Virus record (IMG/VR): IMGVR_UViG_3300017645_000183
Span: 1 to 40,005 of that record
Direction: 5' to 3' (one strand)
DNA length: 40,005 nt
Source of the DNA: a virus
Lineage: Duplodnaviria > Caudoviricetes
The stretch's first letter is position 1. Every line of letters starts with the position of its first letter. The notes under the pieces are model-generated. The model saw nothing but the letters and a program-made list of their open reading frames with translations, made no database searches and was not told the origin of the DNA. This document shows, in pieces, positions 9,158-17,846 of the stretch. The position numbers and the translations under genes are program-made.

Positions 9158-12100
9158 TCAGATTTCCGTGGTTACCATGCGCAATTTCGAGATCTGCGGC
9201 CGCGATGCGGGCGTGCCGGTCAGGGTGATGCGGGTACGGGCATCGAGCGGCGTATAGGGCTTGCGCTGATAGGTCTGCTCGACAACGCCGTCACCGAGCG
9301 GCGTCGCGCTGCTGACCGACGCGACAACCCAATCGCCCGGCATACCCAGCTCGACCTTCAGCGTCGAGCCGGCCGGCAGGAAGGCGTCCAGCGTCGTGCT
9401 GACCCGCGTGGCGCCGTCCGCCGGCACCGCGCGCGACACGTAGTCGGCGGTCAGCGCAAGCTCGCCCTCGACCACCTGCACGCCGGGAAACAGGAAAGGC
9501 GTGATGCGCGACGTTCCCTTCAGCTTCGCCGCCACCTGGATGGTTTCGTTCTGGATGAACTGGTCGAGGCGAATGCGCTGGTCCGGCGAGGCCGTGATCA
9601 CCTCGCCGTTGGGACGGGTCAGGGTCAGCTCGACGCTGGCCTGGCTTTCGGGCGACTGGACGCCGGCGAAGACGATGATGTCGCTCATCTTGGTGGCGGT
9701 GAAGGCGCCGATCGGCACGGTTCGCTCCGCCGGCTCAAACCGGCAGGCGATCAACTGGAACACGAGGTCGATATCGTTGTGCACCGTCCAGGTCATCGCG
9801 TTGGAGGATGACAACAGGACGCCGACAACGAACGGCTGCTCGGACACGATGCTGTTGTTCTGGTCGATCTTGCCGATCTGCGCGACAGCCATGGCATGGT
9901 CGGGATCGTCGGTCAGCACCACGAACGCATATTGACGCCCCGGCTCCAGATAGACGGGCACGCCGAACCGGGCCATGAAGAATTCGCCGGCCTTGAAGGC
10001 GGTGCCGGGCACGAAAGCTTCGGCGAGGACCTGCGATGTCGGCAGCCCCACCTCTACCGTCCTGATCTGCACAAAGATCGCATTCGAGGCGGCGCCCTTC
10101 GTCTTGCACTTCAGGCGCACGCCGGTGATGCAGCGGCCCTCGGCCAGCATGAAGGTCTGGGCGAGTGGGTCAGAGGCGTTGTCGCTCGCACCGCCTCGCC
10201 CGCCATCGCGGCCGGGCGACATGCTCGATACGTTGGTGATCTGGTTGATGTTGGTGACGTTCTGCACCACGGTCGTCTGGTTGACGACGCGGATGTTCGT
10301 GTTGTTGGTGATGTTGGTGATTTCCGTCACCGGCTGCGGCAGCTCCTCGACCGTGCCGTTGAGGGCCGTGGCCAGCCGGTATTCCTCCACGGTGATGGTG
10401 CCGCGCGCGGTATAGGTCGAGGACGCCTTCGTTCCCACGCTCCCTTCGAACGCCACGACCTTCGAGCCCTGCGGGATGCCTGCCGGGATCGTGAGCTTTC
10501 CGGTGAGCACGCCATCGCTGTTGGCCGGGCCATCGGCGGCGAAGGTGGCGGCGACGCCGTCGAACCTGACGGCCGACAGGATTTCGGCCTCGATGAAGCC
10601 CTCCAGCCGGAAATTGATGTCGCGGACACGGACGAACTCGGCGGCGACATCGGTGGAGCGGATCAGCTCCATGGTCGCGTCGAGCGAAACCGACGTGATC
10701 GTGGTGTTGTTGCCGTTGTCGCCCCGGTCCGGCGGGTCGAACACCGCCGTATCGGGCGAGGACCAGATCGTTTCCTTGTCGGTCCAGATGTCCACGGACG
10801 GCTCCAGGCTCGCCCGGCCCGGCATGGGCGTGAAGGTCTGGTAGGGATTGATCTTCATTTCCCCGGTTTCGCGAAGCTGCGAGATCACGACCTCGTCGGT
10901 GAAGGCGAGATGCTGGACCGCGAGCAGCGCCGGGAATTCATGTATCCGCGCCGCCACGGGCAACCGCAGGGCGCCGCCGAAGGAGGCCGCCGTCTGCGCA
11001 ATGCCCTGGTCGCGGAGATCGTCATCGAGGAAGGGATCGACAAACAGCCCGCGCTTGGAGGCGACTTCCCGGCTGGTAATGTCGGTCTTGAGGCGTTCCT
11101 GGGCGACCAGGTCGTAGAGATCGAGGATGGCGCTGCGCATCGACGTGATCTCGCTGTAGGGCACGTTGCGCACGGCCGTCTGGATTACCTCGGGCGCGAC
11201 GCCCCATTTGTTCACGACGCGCGCCAGCTCGAGCTGGTTGCTCGGCACCGCCGGCGGCTGCGGGCGCGAGATCGCGGCGACGCCCTTGAGGTAGATCACC
11301 GCGCCGCTCATATCCATCGCGATCACGTCGGTGCGCGGCAGCTTGTAGGTATAATCGACCAGGATGTTCGACGGATTGACCGCGCCGGACACCGTGATGG
11401 TGTCGCGTGTCACAAGGCTGGGCGCCACGTTCTCGTAGTAGCGGTAGTCGACCTGATAGGTGGAGCCCGGCGCCGGCTCGGCGCCGCTGGGCGACCAGTC
11501 GATTTGCCCCTGCGACAGCAGGTAGTCGGCCGGCGTGGTGTAGGTCTTTCCGTCCTGCTTTATCGACACGATCGACTCGACCGACGAATGAACCAGCGCG
11601 TCGGTGGCGCCCGAGAAGGCGCCATGGGTGACGGTCTCGGTGACGCGCTTGATGATCGTCACCTTCTGCACGCTTTCGATCGGCGACTTCGACAGCGTGA
11701 AGGTCTGGTTCCCGCCGCTTGCCGCCGTCCAGGCGTGCGGCTCGGCCGCCACTGACCGCAGGTCCGGTTCTTCCGGCACTAGAAAGCGCATGTTCTGCGC
11801 GCGCGGAATGCGGCGGCCATTCACATAGGCGGTGCCTTCCGAGATGGTGAACTGCTGCTCACCGTTGCCGTTGAGGCCGAGGCCGGAGACGATGCAGCCG
11901 GCGTTGACGAAAGACCCATTGCTCTCGCGGCTGTAGCTGGCGATGGCGTTGTAGATCTCGGAGAGGTCGATGTTGGTCTCGTTGGTGAGGATCGTGCCGT
12001 CCCGCATCGTGTAGACGGGGATCAGGGGCTCGCTTTCGCCATCCGCCGAATGCCCCCACACGACATCGTAGCGGACCCGGGCCGCGCCCGGCTCCATGTA

Positions 12101-12520
12101 GCTCTCGGTGCCGGCAAGATTGCCGCGCAGCCCAGGGTCGGAAACATGGTCTTCGAGCGTTTCGGCAACGCGCACGCCGATCGAGACCTCGCCGACGATC
12201 GGCAGTTCGAATGTCACCTCCGGAACATCGTGCACCAGCGCGGCGATATAGATGGCCGATGCCGGCAGCCGGATGGAAATATGATCTTCATCGTCCTCGA
12301 TCGCCGACACCACGGGGTCGCCGCCCGCGACCTTGCGCCCGTCCTGCAGGATATAGCTGGCGACGCGCTGCAGCTTGTCGTCGGCAAGCGACTGCATCTC
12401 GTTCAGCTCTGCCGATTGCAGGAAATGTTGCTGGTCCGGGAAGGCGAGCGCAAAGCGCTTCTTGCCGCGCTCGAAACGGTCGCTGTAGCCGGGGCGTTTG
12501 ATGATGCTGTTCACGGCCAA
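9158..12520 (-). CDS. Large virion structural protein (DUF4815 / VrlC-like)
   Basis: 1120 aa; LQSAELNEMQ N-terminus, GLFVDPFLDD, INPY and DPLAQTF motifs; lies in the baseplate/fibre cluster. Confidence 0.75.
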   Translation of the reverse strand: MAVNSIIKRPGYSDRFERGKKRFALAFPDQQHFLQSAELNEMQSLADDKLQRVASYILQDGRKVAGGDPVVSAIEDDEDHISIRLPASAIYIAALVHDVPEVTFELPIVGEVSIGVRVAETLEDHVSDPGLRGNLAGTESYMEPGAARVRYDVVWGHSADGESEPLIPVYTMRDGTILTNETNIDLSEIYNAIASYSRESNGSFVNAGCIVSGLGLNGNGEQQFTISEGTAYVNGRRIPRAQNMRFLVPEEPDLRSVAAEPHAWTAASGGNQTFTLSKSPIESVQKVTIIKRVTETVTHGAFSGATDALVHSSVESIVSIKQDGKTYTTPADYLLSQGQIDWSPSGAEPAPGSTYQVDYRYYENVAPSLVTRDTITVSGAVNPSNILVDYTYKLPRTDVIAMDMSGAVIYLKGVAAISRPQPPAVPSNQLELARVVNKWGVAPEVIQTAVRNVPYSEITSMRSAILDLYDLVAQERLKTDITSREVASKRGLFVDPFLDDDLRDQGIAQTAASFGGALRLPVAARIHEFPALLAVQHLAFTDEVVISQLRETGEMKINPYQTFTPMPGRASLEPSVDIWTDKETIWSSPDTAVFDPPDRGDNGNNTTITSVSLDATMELIRSTDVAAEFVRVRDINFRLEGFIEAEILSAVRFDGVAATFAADGPANSDGVLTGKLTIPAGIPQGSKVVAFEGSVGTKASSTYTARGTITVEEYRLATALNGTVEELPQPVTEITNITNNTNIRVVNQTTVVQNVTNINQITNVSSMSPGRDGGRGGASDNASDPLAQTFMLAEGRCITGVRLKCKTKGAASNAIFVQIRTVEVGLPTSQVLAEAFVPGTAFKAGEFFMARFGVPVYLEPGRQYAFVVLTDDPDHAMAVAQIGKIDQNNSIVSEQPFVVGVLLSSSNAMTWTVHNDIDLVFQLIACRFEPAERTVPIGAFTATKMSDIIVFAGVQSPESQASVELTLTRPNGEVITASPDQRIRLDQFIQNETIQVAAKLKGTSRITPFLFPGVQVVEGELALTADYVSRAVPADGATRVSTTLDAFLPAGSTLKVELGMPGDWVVASVSSATPLGDGVVEQTYQRKPYTPLDARTRITLTGTPASRPQISKLRMVTTEI

Positions 12521-12522
12521 CC

Positions 12523-13008
12523 TCAGAGCGTGATGATCATGGAAAAGGCCTGCTCGATCGTGCCGTCGCGCACGATCGAGTTGAACCGGTCAGCCCGGAT
12601 GAGCGTGCCCCACGTCTCGACATCGGCGGCGTCGATGTAGAACTGGCCTGCCGGGATGCCCGCGGCCAATGCGGTGCCGAAATAAACGCCGTTCTCGCGC
12701 AGCGTGTTCGGCGAGGCGTCGGGCAGGTCCAGTTTGAAATAGAGGTACAGATAGCGCGTCGGATCATCGCTGCGCGAGAACTTTGCGCCGTCGGACATCG
12801 ATATGTCACCGGCCTCGTCCGGCTTCACATAGGCGACCTCGCGGCAGCGGGTGACGCCGACCTTATCGACAAGGTCGGCCAGCGTGGGCGACGGCTGCAC
12901 GAGCGTGCTGTCCCACTGCGGATCGCCACGGCCGAGACCAAGGAACCACGTCTGCGCATGAAAGAGCTGAGCAGCGACAATGCGTCCGCCGATTGTGAAG
13001 ACTGCCAT
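12523..13008 (-). CDS. Putative baseplate / tail-collar protein
   Basis: 161 aa between gpI and the DUF4815 gene; tightly packed; LGLGRGDPQWD motif. Confidence 0.6.
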   Translation of the reverse strand: MAVFTIGGRIVAAQLFHAQTWFLGLGRGDPQWDSTLVQPSPTLADLVDKVGVTRCREVAYVKPDEAGDISMSDGAKFSRSDDPTRYLYLYFKLDLPDASPNTLRENGVYFGTALAAGIPAGQFYIDAADVETWGTLIRADRFNSIVRDGTIEQAFSMIITL

Positions 13009-13011
13009 CGA

Positions 13012-13818
13012 TCAATATCCCGACTGGACGGTTGGTGAAGGGGCACCGAAAGGCTCGGTGGCCGCGAAGGGCGCGTTGCTGAAGGGCACGACATCCGGGT
13101 CCGACGCGTCGGCCATGTTGGTCGCGAGGCCTGCCGGCATGCTCGACCGCTGCTCGGTGGCCGCGCCGCCATCGACGATCGTCGCATGCCGGATGAACTT
13201 CCGTTCCCCGCCTATGCCCAGTTCCGGCCCATAGTCGACACCATCGGCGTGGTGCACGCGCAGCGACAGGACCGACTCGCCGGGCGCGCGCCGCGCGCCC
13301 GACCAGGAGTTGAGCAGCGCGGCATTGAGCCTGCTCCCATTGAGCTGGAAGGCCCGGACATCATAACCGGCGGTGACACGGGCAAACTCCGAGCGCAAAG
13401 GCTTCGAAGCTCTTGCCACGGCGATCATCGGCGACACAAAAGCCGAGGAACGGCGTTCTTCGGGCAGATGGACCTGGAACCACCACCATTTGAAGCGCGT
13501 TGGCGGGTTCTCCTCCAGGACCCCATCAGAGCCCACCCAGGCCAGGGCGCGATGCATGGATGCAGGCGTCCCGCGAAGGCGCTGCCATAGGATGCCTTCG
13601 AACAGGGCCTGACGCGGGTCCATGAGGAAGTCGGAAATCTCGGCGAGGCCATATTCCGCGATCAGATGAGGAATGACGGCGTTAACCGGATCGAATTTGA
13701 AGCCGCGCAAACTCACAATGCCCGGGCCAAGTTCGGGCATGCGGTCCAAGCTCTCCGAGGTGGCGCGCTCGAACCTGGTGGTATTGAGCGGCAGAAGGTG
13801 AACACGCGAAACGGTCAA
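13012..13818 (-). CDS. Baseplate wedge protein (P2 gpI-like)
   Basis: LLPLNTTRFERA N-terminus, IPHLIAEYGL and RLRGTPAS; follows gpJ. Confidence 0.8.
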   Translation of the reverse strand: MTVSRVHLLPLNTTRFERATSESLDRMPELGPGIVSLRGFKFDPVNAVIPHLIAEYGLAEISDFLMDPRQALFEGILWQRLRGTPASMHRALAWVGSDGVLEENPPTRFKWWWFQVHLPEERRSSAFVSPMIAVARASKPLRSEFARVTAGYDVRAFQLNGSRLNAALLNSWSGARRAPGESVLSLRVHHADGVDYGPELGIGGERKFIRHATIVDGGAATEQRSSMPAGLATNMADASDPDVVPFSNAPFAATEPFGAPSPTVQSGY

Positions 13819-14678
13819 TAGTCTCGCCCCCGGTCATTGATCGTCACCGAGCCGAGCGCAATGGCGGTCCCGGGCTGGGCAATAACGGTGAGGTCTGGAC
13901 TCGTCACGTCGACACGCTTCACGCCGCCCACATGGAGGCGGCTTTCAATCCAGCTTCTTTCGAGGTCGAAGCCGATCCCCGTTCCCACGTTCCATGCAGC
14001 GCGCAGCTTTGCGGCCAAGTCCGCAACCAATTCCTGCGACGCGTCGGGCAGGAGCCAGATATCGGCCTCGATGTCGACGGTTCGCGTGACGGCCGGCTCC
14101 ACGATCAGCGTATCGTTCAGCAACCTCACAGTGTCGCTGGTCACCTCGGCCCTCACGGCGTCCAGCATCGCATCGTCAGGAATGCCATCGTTCTCGGAAG
14201 ACAGGATGGCAATGTGAATGATCGGCATGAACTCTTCGCGATAGACCGCAACGTCACGAATGCGGACATCGGCGCGACGGGCCGCAGCCGCGTACCAATA
14301 GCTGGACCCTCCCGGGGAGCGAGCCTTGATGGCTAGCACTGTACGACTGCGCAGCGCCGCGTCCGTTTCCCCATCCAGGCGGACCACGTCATAGAAGCCC
14401 GCCAAGTGATCAAGGTCGGCCTTTTCAGCGAAAGATAGAAGATTGGCCCGCGCCGCGTCGTTCACGCGAGCTCTCAACAGCAGTTCCCGATAGGAAGCCG
14501 CCTCGAACATGACCTTTACGGTGTCGGTTTCCAGCCCGCCGACATCATAATTGACGCCGTCCCTGGCGAACCGCTCCACCACATCAGCCATCATCTCGGC
14601 GATGATCCGCTCCGCATCGAGCGGCTCGATGATGTCGGGCGGCGGTAGCGCGGCCAGTTCGGGAGGCAGGGTGCTCAT
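13815..14678 (-). CDS. Baseplate J/gp47 family protein
   Basis: LPPPDIIEPLD, AASYRELLLRARVNDAARA and ADLDHLA...GETDAALRSR. Confidence 0.92.
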   Translation of the reverse strand: MSTLPPELAALPPPDIIEPLDAERIIAEMMADVVERFARDGVNYDVGGLETDTVKVMFEAASYRELLLRARVNDAARANLLSFAEKADLDHLAGFYDVVRLDGETDAALRSRTVLAIKARSPGGSSYWYAAAARRADVRIRDVAVYREEFMPIIHIAILSSENDGIPDDAMLDAVRAEVTSDTVRLLNDTLIVEPAVTRTVDIEADIWLLPDASQELVADLAAKLRAAWNVGTGIGFDLERSWIESRLHVGGVKRVDVTSPDLTVIAQPGTAIALGSVTINDRGRDY

Positions 14679-15058
14679 GTGGGCATAACTCCTGCAAATG
14701 AAGTCGAGCGATTTTCACGGATCGAGAAGTCGCCAAGGTGCCCGCGCGGGTAGAACTCGCCGTCCAGCAGGAACATGAAGCGGCCATCCCGGCCACTTTC
14801 GACCATCTCGATCGTGCGCAGATTGAAGCCGGGCTCGCCACCTTCGGGATCGTTCAGGGCTTCGGCGATCGACACATAGGCTTCGAAGATCGTCACGGCG
14901 TCAGCGTTCTGGTCCTGAAGCTCCGAGACGCGTGAGCCTATATGGCGACGCAACACGCGACTGTTGAAGCGTGTCGTGATGACGCGACCGATGGACTGGG
15001 CACAGTGATCCCAGCCAGTCAGAACCCTTCCAGTGTTTGCATCCAGCCCGGTGCGCAC
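14675..15058 (-). CDS. Baseplate W/gp25 family protein
   Basis: GLDANTGRVLTGWDHCAQSI..ITT...SRVLRRHIGS. Confidence 0.88.
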   Translation of the reverse strand: MRTGLDANTGRVLTGWDHCAQSIGRVITTRFNSRVLRRHIGSRVSELQDQNADAVTIFEAYVSIAEALNDPEGGEPGFNLRTIEMVESGRDGRFMFLLDGEFYPRGHLGDFSIRENRSTSFAGVMPT

Positions 15059-15060
15059 GC

Positions 15061-15261
15061 CTATTCCTCGGAGATCGGGGTGTTTTCGCGCTTCGCACCT
15101 TTCGGGCGCGCAGCTTGCGGGCGTCGCAGCTCACCGGCGATCAGCGCATAGAACGCCTGCTCCTCGGTGAGCGGGATCGACTTGCCGGCTCCCGGGTTGC
15201 GCTGACCGGCGACAAACGTGCCGGCCTTCTCGGTCACTTCGAAAGGGATTTTTGAGCTCAT
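15061..15261 (-). CDS. Small hypothetical protein
   Basis: 66 aa that fill the gpV-gpW gap, with an upstream GAAGGA RBS. Confidence 0.65.
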   Translation of the reverse strand: MSSKIPFEVTEKAGTFVAGQRNPGAGKSIPLTEEQAFYALIAGELRRPQAARPKGAKRENTPISEE

Positions 15262-15272
15262 CGAAAGGTCCT

Positions 15273-15797
15273 TCAGACTGGAATGCTGGAGATGTCGCCG
15301 CCCGAGCGAACGCCGGTGTGCTTGTGATCCTCGCCAACGTTCTTTGCGTTGTGGAACAGACCGCTGCTCTTGGCGCGCACGGCGTTGTCTGCTTCGAGCA
15401 CGAGCTCACCACCCTTCATGCGGATCGCGCAGTTGCCGTGAGCGATCACCAGCTCGTCGTCCGCCGCAGGGTTCGGCGCTTCAGTGGTATAGCTGTCGCG
15501 GATCGCCAGAGACTGTGGGCCAAGCTCACCCTGCGGCGAAAACAGCCGCATCGGATCGCCGATCCTGACCGGGAAGTGCGAACCGGTCGCGCCGGCGGCC
15601 TCCTGCACCTGTACCCAGGGCGAGAGGAACGGCTTTCCGGTACGATCATCGGCCGGCAGCAGCTCCAGGCGCACCCGATCGCCCTTGATCGCGACCACCT
15701 TGCCGGTCAGGTGCGCCGACGCCTGCCGGCGTTGGAGATCGTCCAGGGCCTTGTAGATGCCGCGCAGCTCACGGGTCATTATGAAGACATCACGCAT
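15273..15797 (-). CDS. Baseplate spike protein V
   Basis: OB-fold-like GKVVAI...SPWV..QEAAG...IGDPMRLFSPQGE; C-terminal HKH metal-binding tip. Start uncertain (15815, 15797 or 15779). Confidence 0.85.
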   Translation of the reverse strand: MRDVFIMTRELRGIYKALDDLQRRQASAHLTGKVVAIKGDRVRLELLPADDRTGKPFLSPWVQVQEAAGATGSHFPVRIGDPMRLFSPQGELGPQSLAIRDSYTTEAPNPAADDELVIAHGNCAIRMKGGELVLEADNAVRAKSSGLFHNAKNVGEDHKHTGVRSGGDISSIPV

Positions 15798-16317
15798 CGC
15801 CGGCACCGAGATCAACGGGCATGTCGTTCACATACAGCTCCCTCAGCAGATGCTGCTCGTCATCCCAGATCGCGGCGCCCAGCTCGCGCAGCGACTGCCG
15901 CCATTCAACGGCGATGATCGAGACCGCCTTCGACTTCAGCTTTCCGGTGATGACGGGCACGATTGAAATGTTGGATGGCGTTCCGAGCCGCGTCAGTCCA
16001 AACATCTGTCCCGTATCGAGCAGCACGAAGATGGCCTCGGCGATCGTCCACGCCGATGCGTCGCGCTGTGGCCCTTCCGTGATGATGAACGCGGCGCAGG
16101 CGAGATCCGCTTCGGCCTGACCGTTTGGCTGCGGCTTGCCCTTGACCGAAAGCGTGGCCACACGCACGGCCGGCGCCCTGACGATCGTGGTTTCCAGATC
16201 ATCCAGCGCGAAACGGCCGAACTGCTCCGAACATTCGCGCAGCTCCGGCATTGCCTCACGGAAGCAGGCGACGACAGCCTGCCGATATTGATTGATGCGG
16301 GCCATGGCGACGGTCAC
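15790..16317 (-). CDS. Tail terminator / neck protein (Mu gp37-like)
   Basis: 175 aa after the gpG-like gene; FGRFALDDL...APAVRVA; called mainly on synteny. Confidence 0.6.
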   Translation of the reverse strand: MTVAMARINQYRQAVVACFREAMPELRECSEQFGRFALDDLETTIVRAPAVRVATLSVKGKPQPNGQAEADLACAAFIITEGPQRDASAWTIAEAIFVLLDTGQMFGLTRLGTPSNISIVPVITGKLKSKAVSIIAVEWRQSLRELGAAIWDDEQHLLRELYVNDMPVDLGAGDA

Positions 16318-16805
16318 TGCAGCAACCTCCCAAGCCAGTCCTCGGCCGCTTCAACCACATCATCCTGGTTTTCCGCAGACAGGCCGAGATACTGCCTTCG
16401 CGGCATGGTGACCTGCTTGACGACTGCGAACTGAACGAAGCCGGCGCTTTCCCACCAGAATTTCAGCGCATTGCCATAGCGTGGTTTGATGACCCCGCCC
16501 TCCTGGTGAATGCGGGCATATATCAGGCCGGAGCCGATGGTGATGCTGTCGGCGTCCGAGATGTAGTCGATCGACCTGTACAGGGCGCCGCTGTCATAGA
16601 GGATGCTTGTCCCCGCCCTGTTCGCCTTCCAGGGTTGGCCGGCCGGGGAGGTCTTCTCCTCCTCGATACGGCGGCGGGTTTGCTCCTGGACGAGGCGGCC
16701 GATGCCATCGGTCAGCTCGTGGCGCGGCGCCTCAGCCAACCCCTCTATCTTCAGAAGGGCTTCGGTCAGACCCTCATCCGTTATTTCGAGAACGGCAGCG
16801 CTCAT
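16314..16805 (-). CDS. Virion morphogenesis protein (Mu gpG / tail completion S family)
   Basis: Real start is MSAAVLEI at 16805 (ATGA overlap with the gp36 stop); SPAGQPW, LYDSGALYRSI, YARIHQEGG and MPRRQYLGLS motifs. Confidence 0.88.
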   Translation of the reverse strand: MSAAVLEITDEGLTEALLKIEGLAEAPRHELTDGIGRLVQEQTRRRIEEEKTSPAGQPWKANRAGTSILYDSGALYRSIDYISDADSITIGSGLIYARIHQEGGVIKPRYGNALKFWWESAGFVQFAVVKQVTMPRRQYLGLSAENQDDVVEAAEDWLGRLLQ

Positions 16806-17221
16806 GGCAGCGTCCTGCGCGAAAAGACGCGAGTGTTGGCCGAAAACGCAGCGCCGCCAGCCGAGGTGCCCGGATCGCTCGATACGCTCGGCTCGTCCGC
16901 GCCAAGGCCGGCCTTGCCCTCGGCAATGCGTTGTAGCAGGGCGACCGCCTGCTTGTAGCGCTCCTCGATCGTGTCGGTCAGCGTCGTGTGGCGGATGGCG
17001 ATGCCGTAGACCGCGATGTTGACGGCCGGCGTCACCAGTGCGGCCGGCTTGCCCTCGATCGGGGTGCGATATCGGGCCGACAGATGTGTGTCTATCTCGC
17101 CGCTGGCGCGCTCCAGGGCACGGGCGATCGCCATGTCGCCGTCGACATCGTCGGGAAGCAGATCGGCAACGAACTGCTCCCCCCAAATCTCCTCGATGTC
17201 TGTGCGCGACGCATAGGCCAA
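16802..17221 (-). CDS. Head-tail connector (Mu gp36 / DUF1320)
   Basis: YASRTDI, ASGEIDTHLSARY.TP and ERYKQAVALLQRIAEGKAGLG; TTG start with GGAG RBS. Confidence 0.88.
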   Translation of the reverse strand: MAYASRTDIEEIWGEQFVADLLPDDVDGDMAIARALERASGEIDTHLSARYRTPIEGKPAALVTPAVNIAVYGIAIRHTTLTDTIEERYKQAVALLQRIAEGKAGLGADEPSVSSDPGTSAGGAAFSANTRVFSRRTLP

Positions 17222-17361
17222 GACGTAAACTCCAGAAATTCTAATGCCGCTGTTTTCCGCCGGTGCGTTCCCGCCTTCAGGTCCGGTCGAGGGGCTTCGG
17301 GCTTGCTGGCCGGTTGGTTCGCCGGTCGTCTGCCGCTCGCGGCGCTCCCCGCGCTAATTGG

Positions 17362-17757
17362 TCAGATCGCGCCGAGACGGCTCAGTTCAGCGAGATCGCC
17401 TTCAGGGACACCGCCCGGCAATGGTTCGCCGGCTGCCACCAATTTCCTGCCGAGCCAGATTGCCTGCTTGGCTCTGGGCGCGGCTGCACGTCGCGCAGCC
17501 TCGACCTGTGCTTCCGCGTCGGCCCTGGCCTTGGCTTCTGCCTCGGCCTTCGCCTGTTCTTCCGCCTCGCGCTTCGCCTTGGCCTCCGCGTCGGCCTTGG
17601 CCTTGGCTTCTGCCTCGGCCTTGGCCCGCGCTTCCGCATCAGCCTTGGCCTTGGCTTCTGCTTCGGCCTTCGCCTGTTCTTCCGCCGCGCGCTTCGCCTT
17701 GGCCTCCGCGTCGGCCTTGGCTTTCGCCGTTTCAGCAGCCTTGTTTGTGGTATCCAT
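17362..17757 (-). CDS. Ala/Glu/Lys-rich repeat protein at the Mu gp35 position
   Basis: 131 aa; strong GGAGG RBS; long AKAEAEAKAKAD helix plus a short C-terminal domain. Confidence 0.75.
   Translation of the reverse strand: MDTTNKAAETAKAKADAEAKAKRAAEEQAKAEAEAKAKADAEARAKAEAEAKAKADAEAKAKREAEEQAKAEAEAKARADAEAQVEAARRAAAPRAKQAIWLGRKLVAAGEPLPGGVPEGDLAELSRLGAI
17521..17721. repeat. 81-bp direct repeat at 120-bp spacing within degenerate 24-bp units
   Basis: 17521-17601 and 17641-17721 differ at 4 positions. Confidence 0.9.
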
Positions 17758-17778
17758 AGTTGCCTCCGAGTTTCACGG

Positions 17779-17830
17779 AAGCGGCCGAGGGGCCGCTTGC
17801 GAGAAACCCGCCCGCCTGAACGGGAGGGTT
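17779..17830 (-). terminator. Tandem hairpins 3' of the major capsid gene (possible partial terminator or stabiliser)
   Basis: Hairpin 17805-17830 followed by TCTC on the minus strand; perfect 8-bp hairpin AAGCGGCC-gagg-GGCCGCTT at 17779-17798. Confidence 0.5.
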
Positions 17831-17846
17831 CGATCCCAGGGAGCGC

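Noticed and set aside
9896-11755. 619-aa + strand ORF
   Set aside because: Antisense shadow of the GC3-rich DUF4815 gene; Arg/Gly/His-rich composition with no recognisable motifs.
16806-17186. N-terminal extension of the 290-aa ORF, and similar extensions at 19477, 27356, 30907 and 33925
   Set aside because: They overlap genuine upstream genes; downstream ATGs with stop/start coupling or an RBS give family-sized proteins.
17521-17721. Repeats as a possible CRISPR array
   Set aside because: In-frame coding repeats with no unique spacers and no cas genes.
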